Source: Planctomycetia bacterium (GTDB lineage: Bacteria > Planctomycetota > Planctomycetia > Pirellulales > Thermoguttaceae). From it: 64,000 nucleotides of DNA. Position 1 is the first letter of the stretch; each line of letters starts with the position of its first letter. The notes under the pieces are model-generated. The model had not been told where the DNA came from, made no database searches, and saw nothing but the letters and a program-made list of their open reading frames with translations. Both the position numbers and the translations under genes were made by a program. Location of the stretch: positions 2,418-66,417 of the forward strand of contig JAUNBJ010000002.1 of NCBI GenBank assembly GCA_030535245.1, written 5' to 3'. Of this stretch, positions 1 to 8,691 are shown one piece after another.

Positions 1-708
1 CTCAACTATCATCCCCAACCGCTGAGCTTCTGGTAGGTTACGATACTGTTCCGGCTCACTTAAAATCAAGGCGGTCTGTTGCCTTTGCAAACGTCTTATG
101 TCTGGCACTTCACGGAACGACGAATTAGGTATCTTTCCGCCGGGATATTCTGGAAGATAACTTCCGTTGAAATTAGGTGCCGGTCTGAAAGGCGCAGCCC
201 CGCTACCCGCATCCGCCTTTTGCTTCAAATCATCCAACGTGACAGGCTTACCTCCGGTTGTCTGCGTTGCACCTCCGCCTCCACTGACGCCATCCGACCT
301 CTGTACCTGACCGCCGGTACCGCCGCCGGTGTTCTTGGTCAGGTCTTCTGCCTCCCATTGCTTTCGTAGCTTAGCGGCCTCGGCCTCTGTCTCCGCAGCC
401 GCATCGGCAAAGTGCTGCCTACGTGCTAACTCTTCTGGGCTGGGGTTTAAGATACTTTTAGGCTTTGCTTCATGGAAACCCGGCTCTTTTACTTCTTCGG
501 ATTTAACCTCGACTTTTCCTTTGCCCCCAGGCCCCCCGTTGTCTACTATTCGTTCGGCCCCGCGTGTAACGTCATCCGTGTAGCCAAAGATTCCTTTTAT
601 CCCCCTCCAGACGCGGCCAGCATTTGATACATTCTTGGGATTCAGGCTAACGCCGCGCTTTTCCAAAGTTTCCGCCAGTAATTCTTCAAATTCGTCGTAC
701 CTAAGCAT
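1..708 (-). CDS. Hypothetical protein, 3' end runs off the left edge (N-terminus MLRYDEFEELLAETLEKRG...); Gly/Thr-rich, no recognised domain
   Basis: I checked by hand that the minus-strand frame is open from ATG at 706-708 down to position 1. It is missing from the ORF track because no stop lies in the window. AGGAG lies 7 nt upstream of the ATG. It shares an identical 47-aa module with ORF 839-1210 and an N-terminal motif with ORF 1306-2349. Confidence 0.6.
   Translation of the reverse strand, partial: MLRYDEFEELLAETLEKRGVSLNPKNVSNAGRVWRGIKGIFGYTDDVTRGAERIVDNGGPGGKGKVEVKSEEVKEPGFHEAKPKSILNPSPEELARRQHFADAAAETEAEAAKLRKQWEAEDLTKNTGGGTGGQVQRSDGVSGGGGATQTTGGKPVTLDDLKQKADAGSGAAPFRPAPNFNGSYLPEYPGGKIPNSSFREVPDIRRLQRQQTALILSEPEQYRNLPEAQRLGMIVE
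338..480. repeat. Copy 1 of a perfect 143-bp direct repeat (partner at 936-1078)
   Basis: Aligned by eye: gtcaggtcttctgcctcccattgc...ctttgcttcatggaaacc is identical in both copies. On the minus strand both copies encode FHEAKPKSILNPSPEELARRQHFADAAAETEAEAAKLRKQWEAEDLT. Confidence 0.9.
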
Positions 709-778
709 ATATAAACTCCTGCGATTGTTTACACGATTTACAGAAGATTATAGCTGTGTTTGTAGATCGCTACAAATA

Positions 779-820
779 TAAAAGAAAAGCCTGCAGCCTA
801 GAAGAAGAAGAGCTACAGGC
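779..820 (-). terminator. Candidate intrinsic terminator downstream of ORF 839-1210
   Basis: Stem gcctgcagc (789-797) pairs with gctacaggc (812-820) with one mismatch. On the minus strand it is followed by TTTTCTTTT (plus-strand aaaagaaaa). It lies 19 nt after the stop codon. Confidence 0.5.
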
Positions 821-838
821 AAAATAAAGCGAGCATAC

Positions 839-1210
839 TTAATCAGTAGGTAGCTCTTTAGCATCAGTTGTTTCCAACGTCGTCTCGCTTGTAGTTTGTT
901 GTTGTTGGTCTGTCCGAGCAGCGTTCACTCCAGACGTCAGGTCTTCTGCCTCCCATTGCTTTCGTAGCTTAGCGGCCTCGGCCTCTGTCTCCGCAGCCGC
1001 ATCGGCAAAGTGCTGCCTACGTGCTAACTCTTCTGGGCTGGGGTTTAAGATACTTTTAGGCTTTGCTTCATGGAAACCTTTAGTCGTACTCTCCTCCTCT
1101 TGAAGCTGCCTATATAACATCCCCGGCAGGACCTTCGGCACTTTATGACAACCGGCTACCACCATCAAGCACAAAGACATGCAACCTACAAGTAATACAC
1201 GACACCTCAT
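839..1210 (-). CDS. Small putative lipoprotein (MRCRVLLVGCMSLCLMVVAGC...), function unknown
   Basis: ORF track gives 839-1243. I prefer the ATG at 1208-1210, which is preceded by GGAGGGG. It has a lipobox-like VVAGC after a hydrophobic signal. The central 47 aa are identical to the ORF at 1-708. Confidence 0.6.
   Translation of the reverse strand: MRCRVLLVGCMSLCLMVVAGCHKVPKVLPGMLYRQLQEEESTTKGFHEAKPKSILNPSPEELARRQHFADAAAETEAEAAKLRKQWEAEDLTSGVNAARTDQQQQTTSETTLETTDAKELPTD
936..1078. repeat. Copy 2 of the perfect 143-bp direct repeat (partner at 338-480)
   Basis: Identical sequence to 338-480, located inside a different CDS. Confidence 0.9.
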
Positions 1211-1305
1211 GATACCCCTCCTTTTTTTTGTAATAAAGCTCACGCCTATACTATAAGTCTAAGGAATCCACCGCAGATTGTCAAGGAGGGGTGGTCACTA
1301 AAATA

Positions 1306-2349
1306 TTAGAACGGCAGATAAGTGATCGCTGGGTTTTTCTCTAGGAGCCGCCTGAAATCATAGGACTCCATATTCTCGCCGCGACCCATAGCATTCTGAC
1401 GCTCTATTTTAGCTTTTAACTCTGGATGTCTATACTGATCCTCACCAAAAAATTTGCCTGTCAGCCACGGACCTAAAAAACCACGAGATGCAACACCAAA
1501 ATCTGAGAGTATTTCAGCAGCGTAATTGTCCGCCTCGGCTTTCTGGTCGGCCAGCTGTTGTGACATAATCTGAGAGGCTCGCGCAGCTCTCGTTGCGTCG
1601 AGTGTATTATCCCGTTGCTCCCTATACCAATTATAATTGTCACCCATACCGCGATATATACGTTTTGGGTTTTGTTCCATCTTGTCAATCTCTCGTTTAA
1701 CGCCCGCTTCAGTGGGTGTAAACATGTTATAAGCCATGTAAGGGTATGGCCTCAGGTTCGTTGCACCTCTATTTCTGTCTATAGTATACTGGTCTCCTAA
1801 ATCGGGAAGCCTCGCTTCAAACGCCTTCACGGTAGGTTCCAGGAACATACCTCCCAGCATACCCCTAAAAGCCAGTTTACTGGCCCTTCGTAAATAATTT
1901 GAAGCTCTTGCGGTATTATTGCTGAGCCAGTTCCACTTTGGTCCCAGCTTCCTGCCCAAGAAAGTCAGTAAATCTGTCCCCGCTTCTGTCCCGAAGGTAC
2001 CATTATACACCGTAGAGCTACTGCCTAATGTCCTGTCTGACCAATGACGATTAGGATCCAAGGCCTTTTCAACGTCACCGAAAATACCGGGAGCACTATA
2101 AACATTAAATCCAAAATTCAAAAGGTTCCCTAGCGTACCCGGAACCGGAATCTTGGTAGGGTCTAAAGGAACAGTAGGCGGCTTGCCGGGTATATTTGTC
2201 CATTTGTTCCACGGCCCCCAACCCGTAGGCGGGGTTTTAACGGACGGAGTAGTTTTAACGGACGGTGGTTGCTTAACAACCGGCCTCTCCGCCCCCTGTT
2301 TGATTAAAATACTCTCTAACAGTCGTTCAAATTCGCTATACTTAATCAT
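1306..2349 (-). CDS. Hypothetical protein, 347 aa, no recognised domain
   Basis: Long ORF in the A/T-richer block. Its N-terminus MIKYSEFERLLESILIKQG parallels MLRYDEFEELLAETLEKRG of the ORF at 1-708. A Pro-rich linker (PSVKTTPSVKTPP) follows. Confidence 0.6.
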   Translation of the reverse strand: MIKYSEFERLLESILIKQGAERPVVKQPPSVKTTPSVKTPPTGWGPWNKWTNIPGKPPTVPLDPTKIPVPGTLGNLLNFGFNVYSAPGIFGDVEKALDPNRHWSDRTLGSSSTVYNGTFGTEAGTDLLTFLGRKLGPKWNWLSNNTARASNYLRRASKLAFRGMLGGMFLEPTVKAFEARLPDLGDQYTIDRNRGATNLRPYPYMAYNMFTPTEAGVKREIDKMEQNPKRIYRGMGDNYNWYREQRDNTLDATRAARASQIMSQQLADQKAEADNYAAEILSDFGVASRGFLGPWLTGKFFGEDQYRHPELKAKIERQNAMGRGENMESYDFRRLLEKNPAITYLPF

Positions 2350-2446
2350 CTTGCCTGCCCTGGCTATAACTGGGTTGGGTTAGTTTTAACACGTTCTTCG
2401 GTAATCAATTAGGGGGTCTGGGGATTCCACCCCAAGTTCCCCTCCA

Positions 2447-2893
2447 TTATTTAGCAACTTCTTCATCCAGAGGAGCTGGACCCCACTCAGCTTCGCGACG
2501 GAGTTTGTCGCGTGTTTCCTCTATCTCCTGTTCCCGTAGGAACCTATTCAGTGAGTCCGCCGCAGCGCCTGCACTACCACCGATGGCACCACCGCCACCC
2601 AGGTACATCAAATAATCTAACCATGTTCTGTTCTTCTTATTAGCCAAACCAATACCACCGGCGAGAGTACCAAGACCCGTTCCGACAGTAAGGCCCGGAT
2701 TGTTTGCAATAATCGTGGCCGCCGTATCCGCAGCCCCTAAAGCCGTATTGGCCATATCACCTAAATCAAAAGCTTCCTTCTTCAGACCTAACTGTTTAAG
2801 AAGTATTTGAGCTTTCGCTTGCTTTATTCGTCGTCCACTGCGGCGGATATTAGCAACCAGTTTTCTGGCTAATGCGGTTTTTCTGTGTGCCAC
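2447..2893 (-). CDS. Small basic protein with a glycine-zipper-like hydrophobic core
   Basis: GTG start with AGGAG 9 nt upstream. Basic N-terminus (RKTALARKLVANIRRSGRRIKQAK), then GLTVGTGLGTLAGGIGL and GGGGAIGGSAGAAA segments, then an acidic C-terminus. Confidence 0.5.
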   Translation of the reverse strand: MAHRKTALARKLVANIRRSGRRIKQAKAQILLKQLGLKKEAFDLGDMANTALGAADTAATIIANNPGLTVGTGLGTLAGGIGLANKKNRTWLDYLMYLGGGGAIGGSAGAAADSLNRFLREQEIEETRDKLRREAEWGPAPLDEEVAK

Positions 2894-2995
2894 TAAATTA
2901 ACTCCTAAGAAATAGGTAACCGAGTCTTATAAAAGACTGCCCGCCTGTTTGAGCACATAACCTTCGGCTATCTAGGCTTGACGGGCTCATTGAGA

Positions 2996-3220
2996 TTATT
3001 TACGGTTATTCGGAAGAGAAGCCACCAACGCAGCACGGGAGGCTTCGGCTTCCTTCTTAATGGCTCGCAACTGCAACAGCGACATTGCCGCTTCACCCAT
3101 CTTGTTAAGTGCCGCCTTCTTCTGTAAAGTACGACCAACAAGTTTCTGACGAATTCGATCTCGGATTTTCAGGTAACGCGTTCCTGAATTTCCTCCATGA
3201 TTTTTACCACGCTGCTCCAA
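2996..3220 (-). CDS. Doubtful small basic ORF (74 aa)
   Basis: ORF track only. Its 5' end overlaps the 3' end of the DeoC-like gene by about 50 nt. No RBS or domain recognised. Confidence 0.2.
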   Translation of the reverse strand: MEQRGKNHGGNSGTRYLKIRDRIRQKLVGRTLQKKAALNKMGEAAMSLLQLRAIKKEAEASRAALVASLPNNRK

Positions 3221-3888
3221 CTGATTCCAAACAGTCGGGCGCCGGCGGTGTGAAGGTCCAGAAGATTTTGCAGGGAACGCACCCCTCCTGCCGCTTTAAT
3301 GTTGGCGTCGGGGCCAAGGACGCGACGCATCAGGGCCACGTTTGCGGGGGTGGTTTTGTTCTTTTCCGGCCAGCCGGTGGAGGTTTTAATCCAGTCGGCA
3401 CCCGCGTTGTACGCCACACGCGCCGCCATGGCAATCTGCTCGTCGTTCAGGTACGGACATTCCAGAATCACTTTCAGCGTTTTCCCCTCGGTCGTCTTGC
3501 GGAGGGCGACAAGATCCGCTTCCACGCCTTTCCAGTCCCCCTCCCTGGCCAGACCCACGTTCTGCACACAGTCGATTTCGTCGCAGCCCAATTCCAGCAT
3601 TTTCGCTGCTTCCGCACACTTGATTTCCGTCAGGCTCCCACCGTCGGGGAATCCAGCGACGCCCCCCAGCTTGATACGCCGTTTTCCCTCCGACGCGCGA
3701 CGTCGGTTGACCCGTTCCAGCTCCGGAACGATACGCCGGGTGATTTCGCCCAGCAGAAAAATCGCCGAGCCACCAAACTGGTCGGCCGTTTCCAGCACGT
3801 GAACCGCATCGGCCCACGTGGACTGGGTTTGCACTGCCGAAACGTCGATCATCGCGGCAATTGATTCCTGGGTGATGGGTTCGTTCAT
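3169..3888 (-). CDS. deoC: Deoxyribose-phosphate aldolase (DeoC/class I aldolase family)
   Basis: 239 aa. Motifs DWIKTSTG (Schiff-base Lys context) and IKAAGGVR, and typical length. It lies last in a long minus-strand sugar operon. Confidence 0.75.
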   Translation of the reverse strand: MNEPITQESIAAMIDVSAVQTQSTWADAVHVLETADQFGGSAIFLLGEITRRIVPELERVNRRRASEGKRRIKLGGVAGFPDGGSLTEIKCAEAAKMLELGCDEIDCVQNVGLAREGDWKGVEADLVALRKTTEGKTLKVILECPYLNDEQIAMAARVAYNAGADWIKTSTGWPEKNKTTPANVALMRRVLGPDANIKAAGGVRSLQNLLDLHTAGARLFGISWSSVVKIMEEIQERVT

Positions 3889-3974
3889 GGTGGGGTTCCT
3901 TTATGGTATGGCCATTTCCGAAAGTTTCGATACCGGAATTATACACCGGGAATCCTTTTTTTCAAGGATACGGT

Positions 3975-5213
3975 TCAGGAACGGGTGTAATAATCCCGCC
4001 GATAGCACCCCCAGCCCACCAGCAAAATGACCAACCCTCCCCCCAACGCCACCCACGACAGCGAAGCCAATGCGGTGACAAAATCAAAGCGGGCCTTGAT
4101 TTCCGCGCACAGCAACGGGCCAAAGGCGCTGACGATCATCGCCACCGATAACATCAGCCCCGAAGCCGACGCCCGAATTTCCGCCGGGATGAAATCGAAC
4201 AGTGCGGCGAACAGATTGGAATCGTAAATTCCTCGCATGAATCCAAACAGAGCCATCCCCGCGACGCACCAGAACAGCGTGGAACCGGTTGCCAACAGGT
4301 AAACGAACGGGGCGCACAAAAGGAGGCTAACCCCCTCAATCACGAAGCGCGTCGCCCGATACCGCGTCGCCAGCAAGTCCGAAAACCAGCCGCCAAACAA
4401 CACCCCCACCACGGCAAAAAGCAGGTGGTAAAACGTGGCGTTGAATCCGGCCTGAATCTTATCCATGCCGAACTGCTCCTGCAAAAACGTCGGCATCCAT
4501 GTATAAAACGACAGGCCCACGAAATTGAACGCCGCAAACCCTGCCCACAACGCCAGAATCGTCGGGCGTGTCAGCAGGACGAACAACGTCTGGCCAATTC
4601 CCGGAACCTTGTGGGGAGCTTCCGTTTTCGATTCCTCTTCCTGACGATCCTTCCAGTCGTTTCGCAGCCGGAAAAGCATGAGAATCCCCAACAGAACCCC
4701 CGCCGAACCAAAAATCGCGAACGTGATCCGCCACCCAAATCGCAGGGCAATCCAGCCGGAAATCACGCTGCTGGCAATCATTCCCACGTACAGCGACGAT
4801 TGGTGAATCCCCATCGCCGTGGCACGCGTTTTCTCGTGATATTGCGCAATCAGCGAGTTGGCAGCCGGGTAATAAAACGCTTCCCCTGCCCCGGTCGCCA
4901 GTGCACGGAACAGGATCAGCCCAACCAGCCCAGTGGAAAATCCGGTCAACACCGTCGCCACCGACCAAAACAGGATACTCCCCGCCACGATCCATTTGCG
5001 GGAAATGTAATCCCCCAAAAATCCCGCGACCGGCACCAATATCCCGTACGTCAGCATGAACGCCGTCACCACCCACGCCGACTGCTGGTCCGTAAGCCCC
5101 ATGTCGAGCTGGATGTCCTTCAGCAGGATGTTGTAAATCTGCCGATCCGCCTGATTGAAAAAATACGCGAGCCACAAAAGCCCAACGAGTTCCCACGCAT
5201 ACCATCGTTTCAT
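3975..5213 (-). CDS. MFS transporter (sugar or sugar-acid type)
   Basis: 412 aa with about 12 hydrophobic segments. MFS signature region GFLGDYISRKW after TM2. N-terminus LLWLAYFFNQADRQ is typical of anion/sugar-acid MFS members. Confidence 0.8.
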   Translation of the reverse strand: MKRWYAWELVGLLWLAYFFNQADRQIYNILLKDIQLDMGLTDQQSAWVVTAFMLTYGILVPVAGFLGDYISRKWIVAGSILFWSVATVLTGFSTGLVGLILFRALATGAGEAFYYPAANSLIAQYHEKTRATAMGIHQSSLYVGMIASSVISGWIALRFGWRITFAIFGSAGVLLGILMLFRLRNDWKDRQEEESKTEAPHKVPGIGQTLFVLLTRPTILALWAGFAAFNFVGLSFYTWMPTFLQEQFGMDKIQAGFNATFYHLLFAVVGVLFGGWFSDLLATRYRATRFVIEGVSLLLCAPFVYLLATGSTLFWCVAGMALFGFMRGIYDSNLFAALFDFIPAEIRASASGLMLSVAMIVSAFGPLLCAEIKARFDFVTALASLSWVALGGGLVILLVGWGCYRRDYYTRS

Positions 5214-5245
5214 TGGATTCTTCCCTTGGGATTCTAAAATTAACG

Positions 5246-7564
5246 TCAGGGCTGGGCCGGGGCCAAAATTTCCTTCGCCGCCGCCGACATTTCCAGCATG
5301 GTCTTTCGGTAATTTTCCGACGTTCTGGGGAGGTTCGGCGCCATGGACTCAAGCGACGTTTGAAGCAGCTGCTGATACATCGCACCTCGACGCGTGTTGT
5401 GCGCGTTCTGGCCTGTAAAGTCGGTAAGGTCGTTTTTCTCCACCTTTTCCAGCACGCATGCCACGAGGTCTTTCATCATCGGAAGATACCAGTTTCGCAT
5501 GACTTCGTACTGGTGACTGCGGCAGTACGCATTCGCCGCATTCTCCAAAAGCACGCTGCCGAAATTCGGATTCTGAATTTTCTCGATCGCGTCGAGCCGT
5601 TGGTACGCTTCCCACAACGAATAATCGGTGTGTAACGCCAAAGTCTTTTCCATTCCCTCGGCAAGCTGTAAAAACGCGGCGGCCTTCGCCTTCACCACCT
5701 CGGCGGAAACGTTGCCCGCCTTCCATTCGTGATACGCTCGGAACATCCCGATTCGAGCACACGTCAAAAGCCGATCCGCCGTCGTTCGGGCCAGGTCGAT
5801 ACTGTCCCGTTTGAAGAACGGTGCGTCCCAGTCGATTTCCGCAAGCTCCGCGAAAATGGCGGGTGCGTCGGCCAACACCGGCGCCTGCTCGTTCCAGTTT
5901 TTCTGCCAGACGTTTCCATCGTTCCAGTTCGCACGACTGCTTGCCAGGATGGAACCAAAATTTCCTCCCCACTGCAAAAGCTGCGACGGCGGAAGAACCT
6001 TTTTCCAAATCGATTCCATCGCGTCGGCCCGCTTGCCGTACCGGTCGGCACAAAATTCGTGAAGCAGTTCCTCCACGCTTTTCACCCCCGGTTTCCACGC
6101 GTTGCTGGTGAAATAGTGCAGCAGGAAAATGTCCGTATGCGAGCTTTCCGGCCACAGAATGTACCCCTTGCACATGGGATCGTTCAGGATCACCTTCTGG
6201 CGTTCCTCGATCAGCGGATAATCGGCGCGAATGTCCAGGGCGCTTTCATACGCAAGGAAAATGCCAAACGTGTAGGGGAATTTCCCCACAACGCCCCAGT
6301 TCGTGAAGTTTCGCTCCCCTTGCGCTTCGGCTTCGTAATCCCACAGGATCGTGTTTTCCGGGTCGAGTTGGCTGGTAAATTCCCGCACCTCCTCCGGCGT
6401 CCACGCGTTGTAGAAATCCCAGCCGGCCAACAGGATTTTGCCGTTCGGATAGTGCCGCCGCGCGTTGTCAATCAGCCGACGATACGCGTACAGCTTCATC
6501 CGAAGGTTGTCCTCCCGGTCTTTGTAACAATGCCGCTCCGCAATCCCGATCGTGTGCAAAAGCTCCGGCTTCCCGTAATGGTCGATCGACGCCTGCGTTA
6601 GTTTCCAGTAATTCTCCAGATTTTCATCCTTGCGAATATCCCAAACTAAATCCGTCTCGTGCCCATAACCACTGTAATTGGGGACGAACTCCGGCTTGAC
6701 CTTTTCCAAAAACTGGTACGGCGTCCGCGAGTACCAGTGCGACATCGTGCCGAAATCCTCCGGGTGCATTAAATCCCGATCAAACGCGTAGGCCAGCAGA
6801 TTCTTGCGAAGCTCCCCCCGGTATTGCAGCGACCAGAACAGCGACCGATTGTCGTATCCCCCCAGCGCCTCCGGAAGCGGTTTTGCCGGGTCGGGATAAT
6901 CCACGATCTCCGGAAACGCTCTCTGAAACAGATCATCCATGCCGATGCGGAGCATGAACACGTTCAGACGCTTTTTTACGATCCAGTCGATCTCCTTTTT
7001 CCAATCCTCCAGCCCCCAATGCTCCGCCTGAAAACGGGTCAGCCCCCGGTGCGCAAAATATCGCAGCCCCCGATACTCAAACCGAGGCGATTCCCTCACG
7101 TCCAGTCCCGTAAGGTCGAGCGATTCCGCCTTGGGAACCACGTTGCCATCCCAAAACCAGCGGCAATTTCCGCGTCGTTCCAGAAAATCATACACGGCGT
7201 AGAGCGTGGAACGTCCACGCCCCCCCGCCAGAATCAGGTGATTCCGCGATCCGTCTTGCACCGACAGCAGACGGTAATCGTCCGACGCGATCTTCAGCGG
7301 AAAATCCCGGATCACTTTCCGTTCCACAAGTTGCCGCACAAAGGGATTCACCGCGTCGGAACCGATCACGATAAAATCGTCCACGTCGTTTCCTTCCGCG
7401 ACAATCGGCAACGTCGTTCCGGTTATTTCCCGATAGTATTTCTGAAATTCCCTGCCCGCCGTCTGGAACGCCTCGCCCGCATCCTTCGGAGGAACCAGAA
7501 TCTTCCAATCTCCCGCAAACAACGGCGCGGCGAACAGCAAAAACAACACGAAAATTTTCTTCAT
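5246..7564 (-). CDS. Secreted GH89-like alpha-N-acetylglucosaminidase
   Basis: Signal peptide [18 protein letters not shown]. Segments resemble human NAGLU as I recall it: [23 protein letters not shown] vs [28 protein letters not shown] vs [16 protein letters not shown]...FCADRYG vs APEGISQN...FAARRYG. Confidence 0.65.
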   Translation of the reverse strand: [772 protein letters not shown]

Positions 7565-7602
7565 GGGAAGTCTCCTTCAGGGGTTCAGGGGTTTGCGGAT
7601 TC

Positions 7603-8691
7603 TCAGACGCCTTCCTTCCATACGTAGGGTTGGCCGGTACGGATACTTTCATAACACGCGTTCATCGCCTCGATGGTTTTGCGGTGCCAACGAAGATTGA
7701 TCTGCGGCTGCCGGTGGTTGCGAATGCAGTCCACAAACTCGTCCACCATGCCAATCCACTCGTCGAAATACGTGTAACGAACCGTATAACGATCTTTCGG
7801 CGCCCCATTATGATACACGTTCGGCCCAAAACAGTCGGCCATCAAAACCCCCTTCTCACCATGCAACGCCATGTTCACTTCCATCCGCTTGGGGAAAATC
7901 TCCCAACCTGGCCCCGGAACCGGAATCCGTTCTTCCAGTCGCGACCACGAAGGATCCAGCAAAAACGTCGTTCCGTCCTTCATTTTTCCGTTGACTAAAA
8001 GCACATCCTCCACTTCCAGTTCGGTACGGAGATTCGGTGTGACTTGCGCAAAAACATGCTCAAAATCGCTCCCCGTCAGCCAGCGGATCATGTCGAAAAT
8101 ATGCGGATGGTCGCACAAAGCCCCGCCCCGAAAACGGGAATCGTGATCGTTGAGCGGTACCCGCTTGCCATAACTCAGTTCCGGAACCCCCTGCCACGGA
8201 AATGCCCAGACCGGCGAGAGCGTGATGTTCGTCGCCTGAAACGCGAACAGCTTGCCCAGCGCCCCTTCCGCCACGATCTTTTTGATGCGGTGGATCACCG
8301 GGTTGTAGTGCATTTCCAGCTCCACCTGGCAAACGATGTCCGCCTGGTCGACAAGCGTAATCATCCGGTCGTATTCGTCCATGTCGAACGTCGGAATCTT
8401 CATCGACAGCACATGAATGCCCCGCGACGCACACATCGTTACCTGCTCCATATGCCGGGAATTCCCCGAAGCCAGCACCACCGCCTCGATATCCGGGTGC
8501 CGGTCGAACATCTCCTCTGCCGACGCGTAACACGGAATCCCCGTGACGCTGCGGTTGAACAGGTCGATCACGTCCGGACTGTCGCCACATGCGGCCACCC
8601 AGTCGAGTTTCGGATTCTCTTTCAGCGTCTGATAATATTTCCGCGTATGCCCATGCGTCAGCGACATCATTGCAATTTTAACCGGTTTCAT
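7603..8691 (-). CDS. Gfo/Idh/MocA family oxidoreductase
   Basis: ORF track gives 7603-8757. I prefer the start MKPVKIAMMSLTHGH at 8689-8691, which overlaps the upstream stop as ATGA. Rossmann-like N-terminus and family-typical length. Confidence 0.75.
   Translation of the reverse strand: MKPVKIAMMSLTHGHTRKYYQTLKENPKLDWVAACGDSPDVIDLFNRSVTGIPCYASAEEMFDRHPDIEAVVLASGNSRHMEQVTMCASRGIHVLSMKIPTFDMDEYDRMITLVDQADIVCQVELEMHYNPVIHRIKKIVAEGALGKLFAFQATNITLSPVWAFPWQGVPELSYGKRVPLNDHDSRFRGGALCDHPHIFDMIRWLTGSDFEHVFAQVTPNLRTELEVEDVLLVNGKMKDGTTFLLDPSWSRLEERIPVPGPGWEIFPKRMEVNMALHGEKGVLMADCFGPNVYHNGAPKDRYTVRYTYFDEWIGMVDEFVDCIRNHRQPQINLRWHRKTIEAMNACYESIRTGQPYVWKEGV

Noticed and set aside
79-583. Plus-strand ORFs 79-369 and 329-583 from the ORF track.
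   Set aside because: They lie antisense to a continuous minus-strand frame (1-708) that has a proper SD-ATG and shares modules with neighbouring minus-strand genes. The plus-strand products are Ser/Arg-rich with TTG/ATG starts and no RBS.
1-3220. The idea that the A/T-rich block is an integrated small phage (for example Microviridae-like, with a glycine-rich pilot-like protein and small basic proteins).
   Set aside because: No capsid, replication initiator, integrase or att repeats are visible in the window. Glycine-rich and basic small proteins are not specific. I kept only the generic horizontally-acquired hypothesis.
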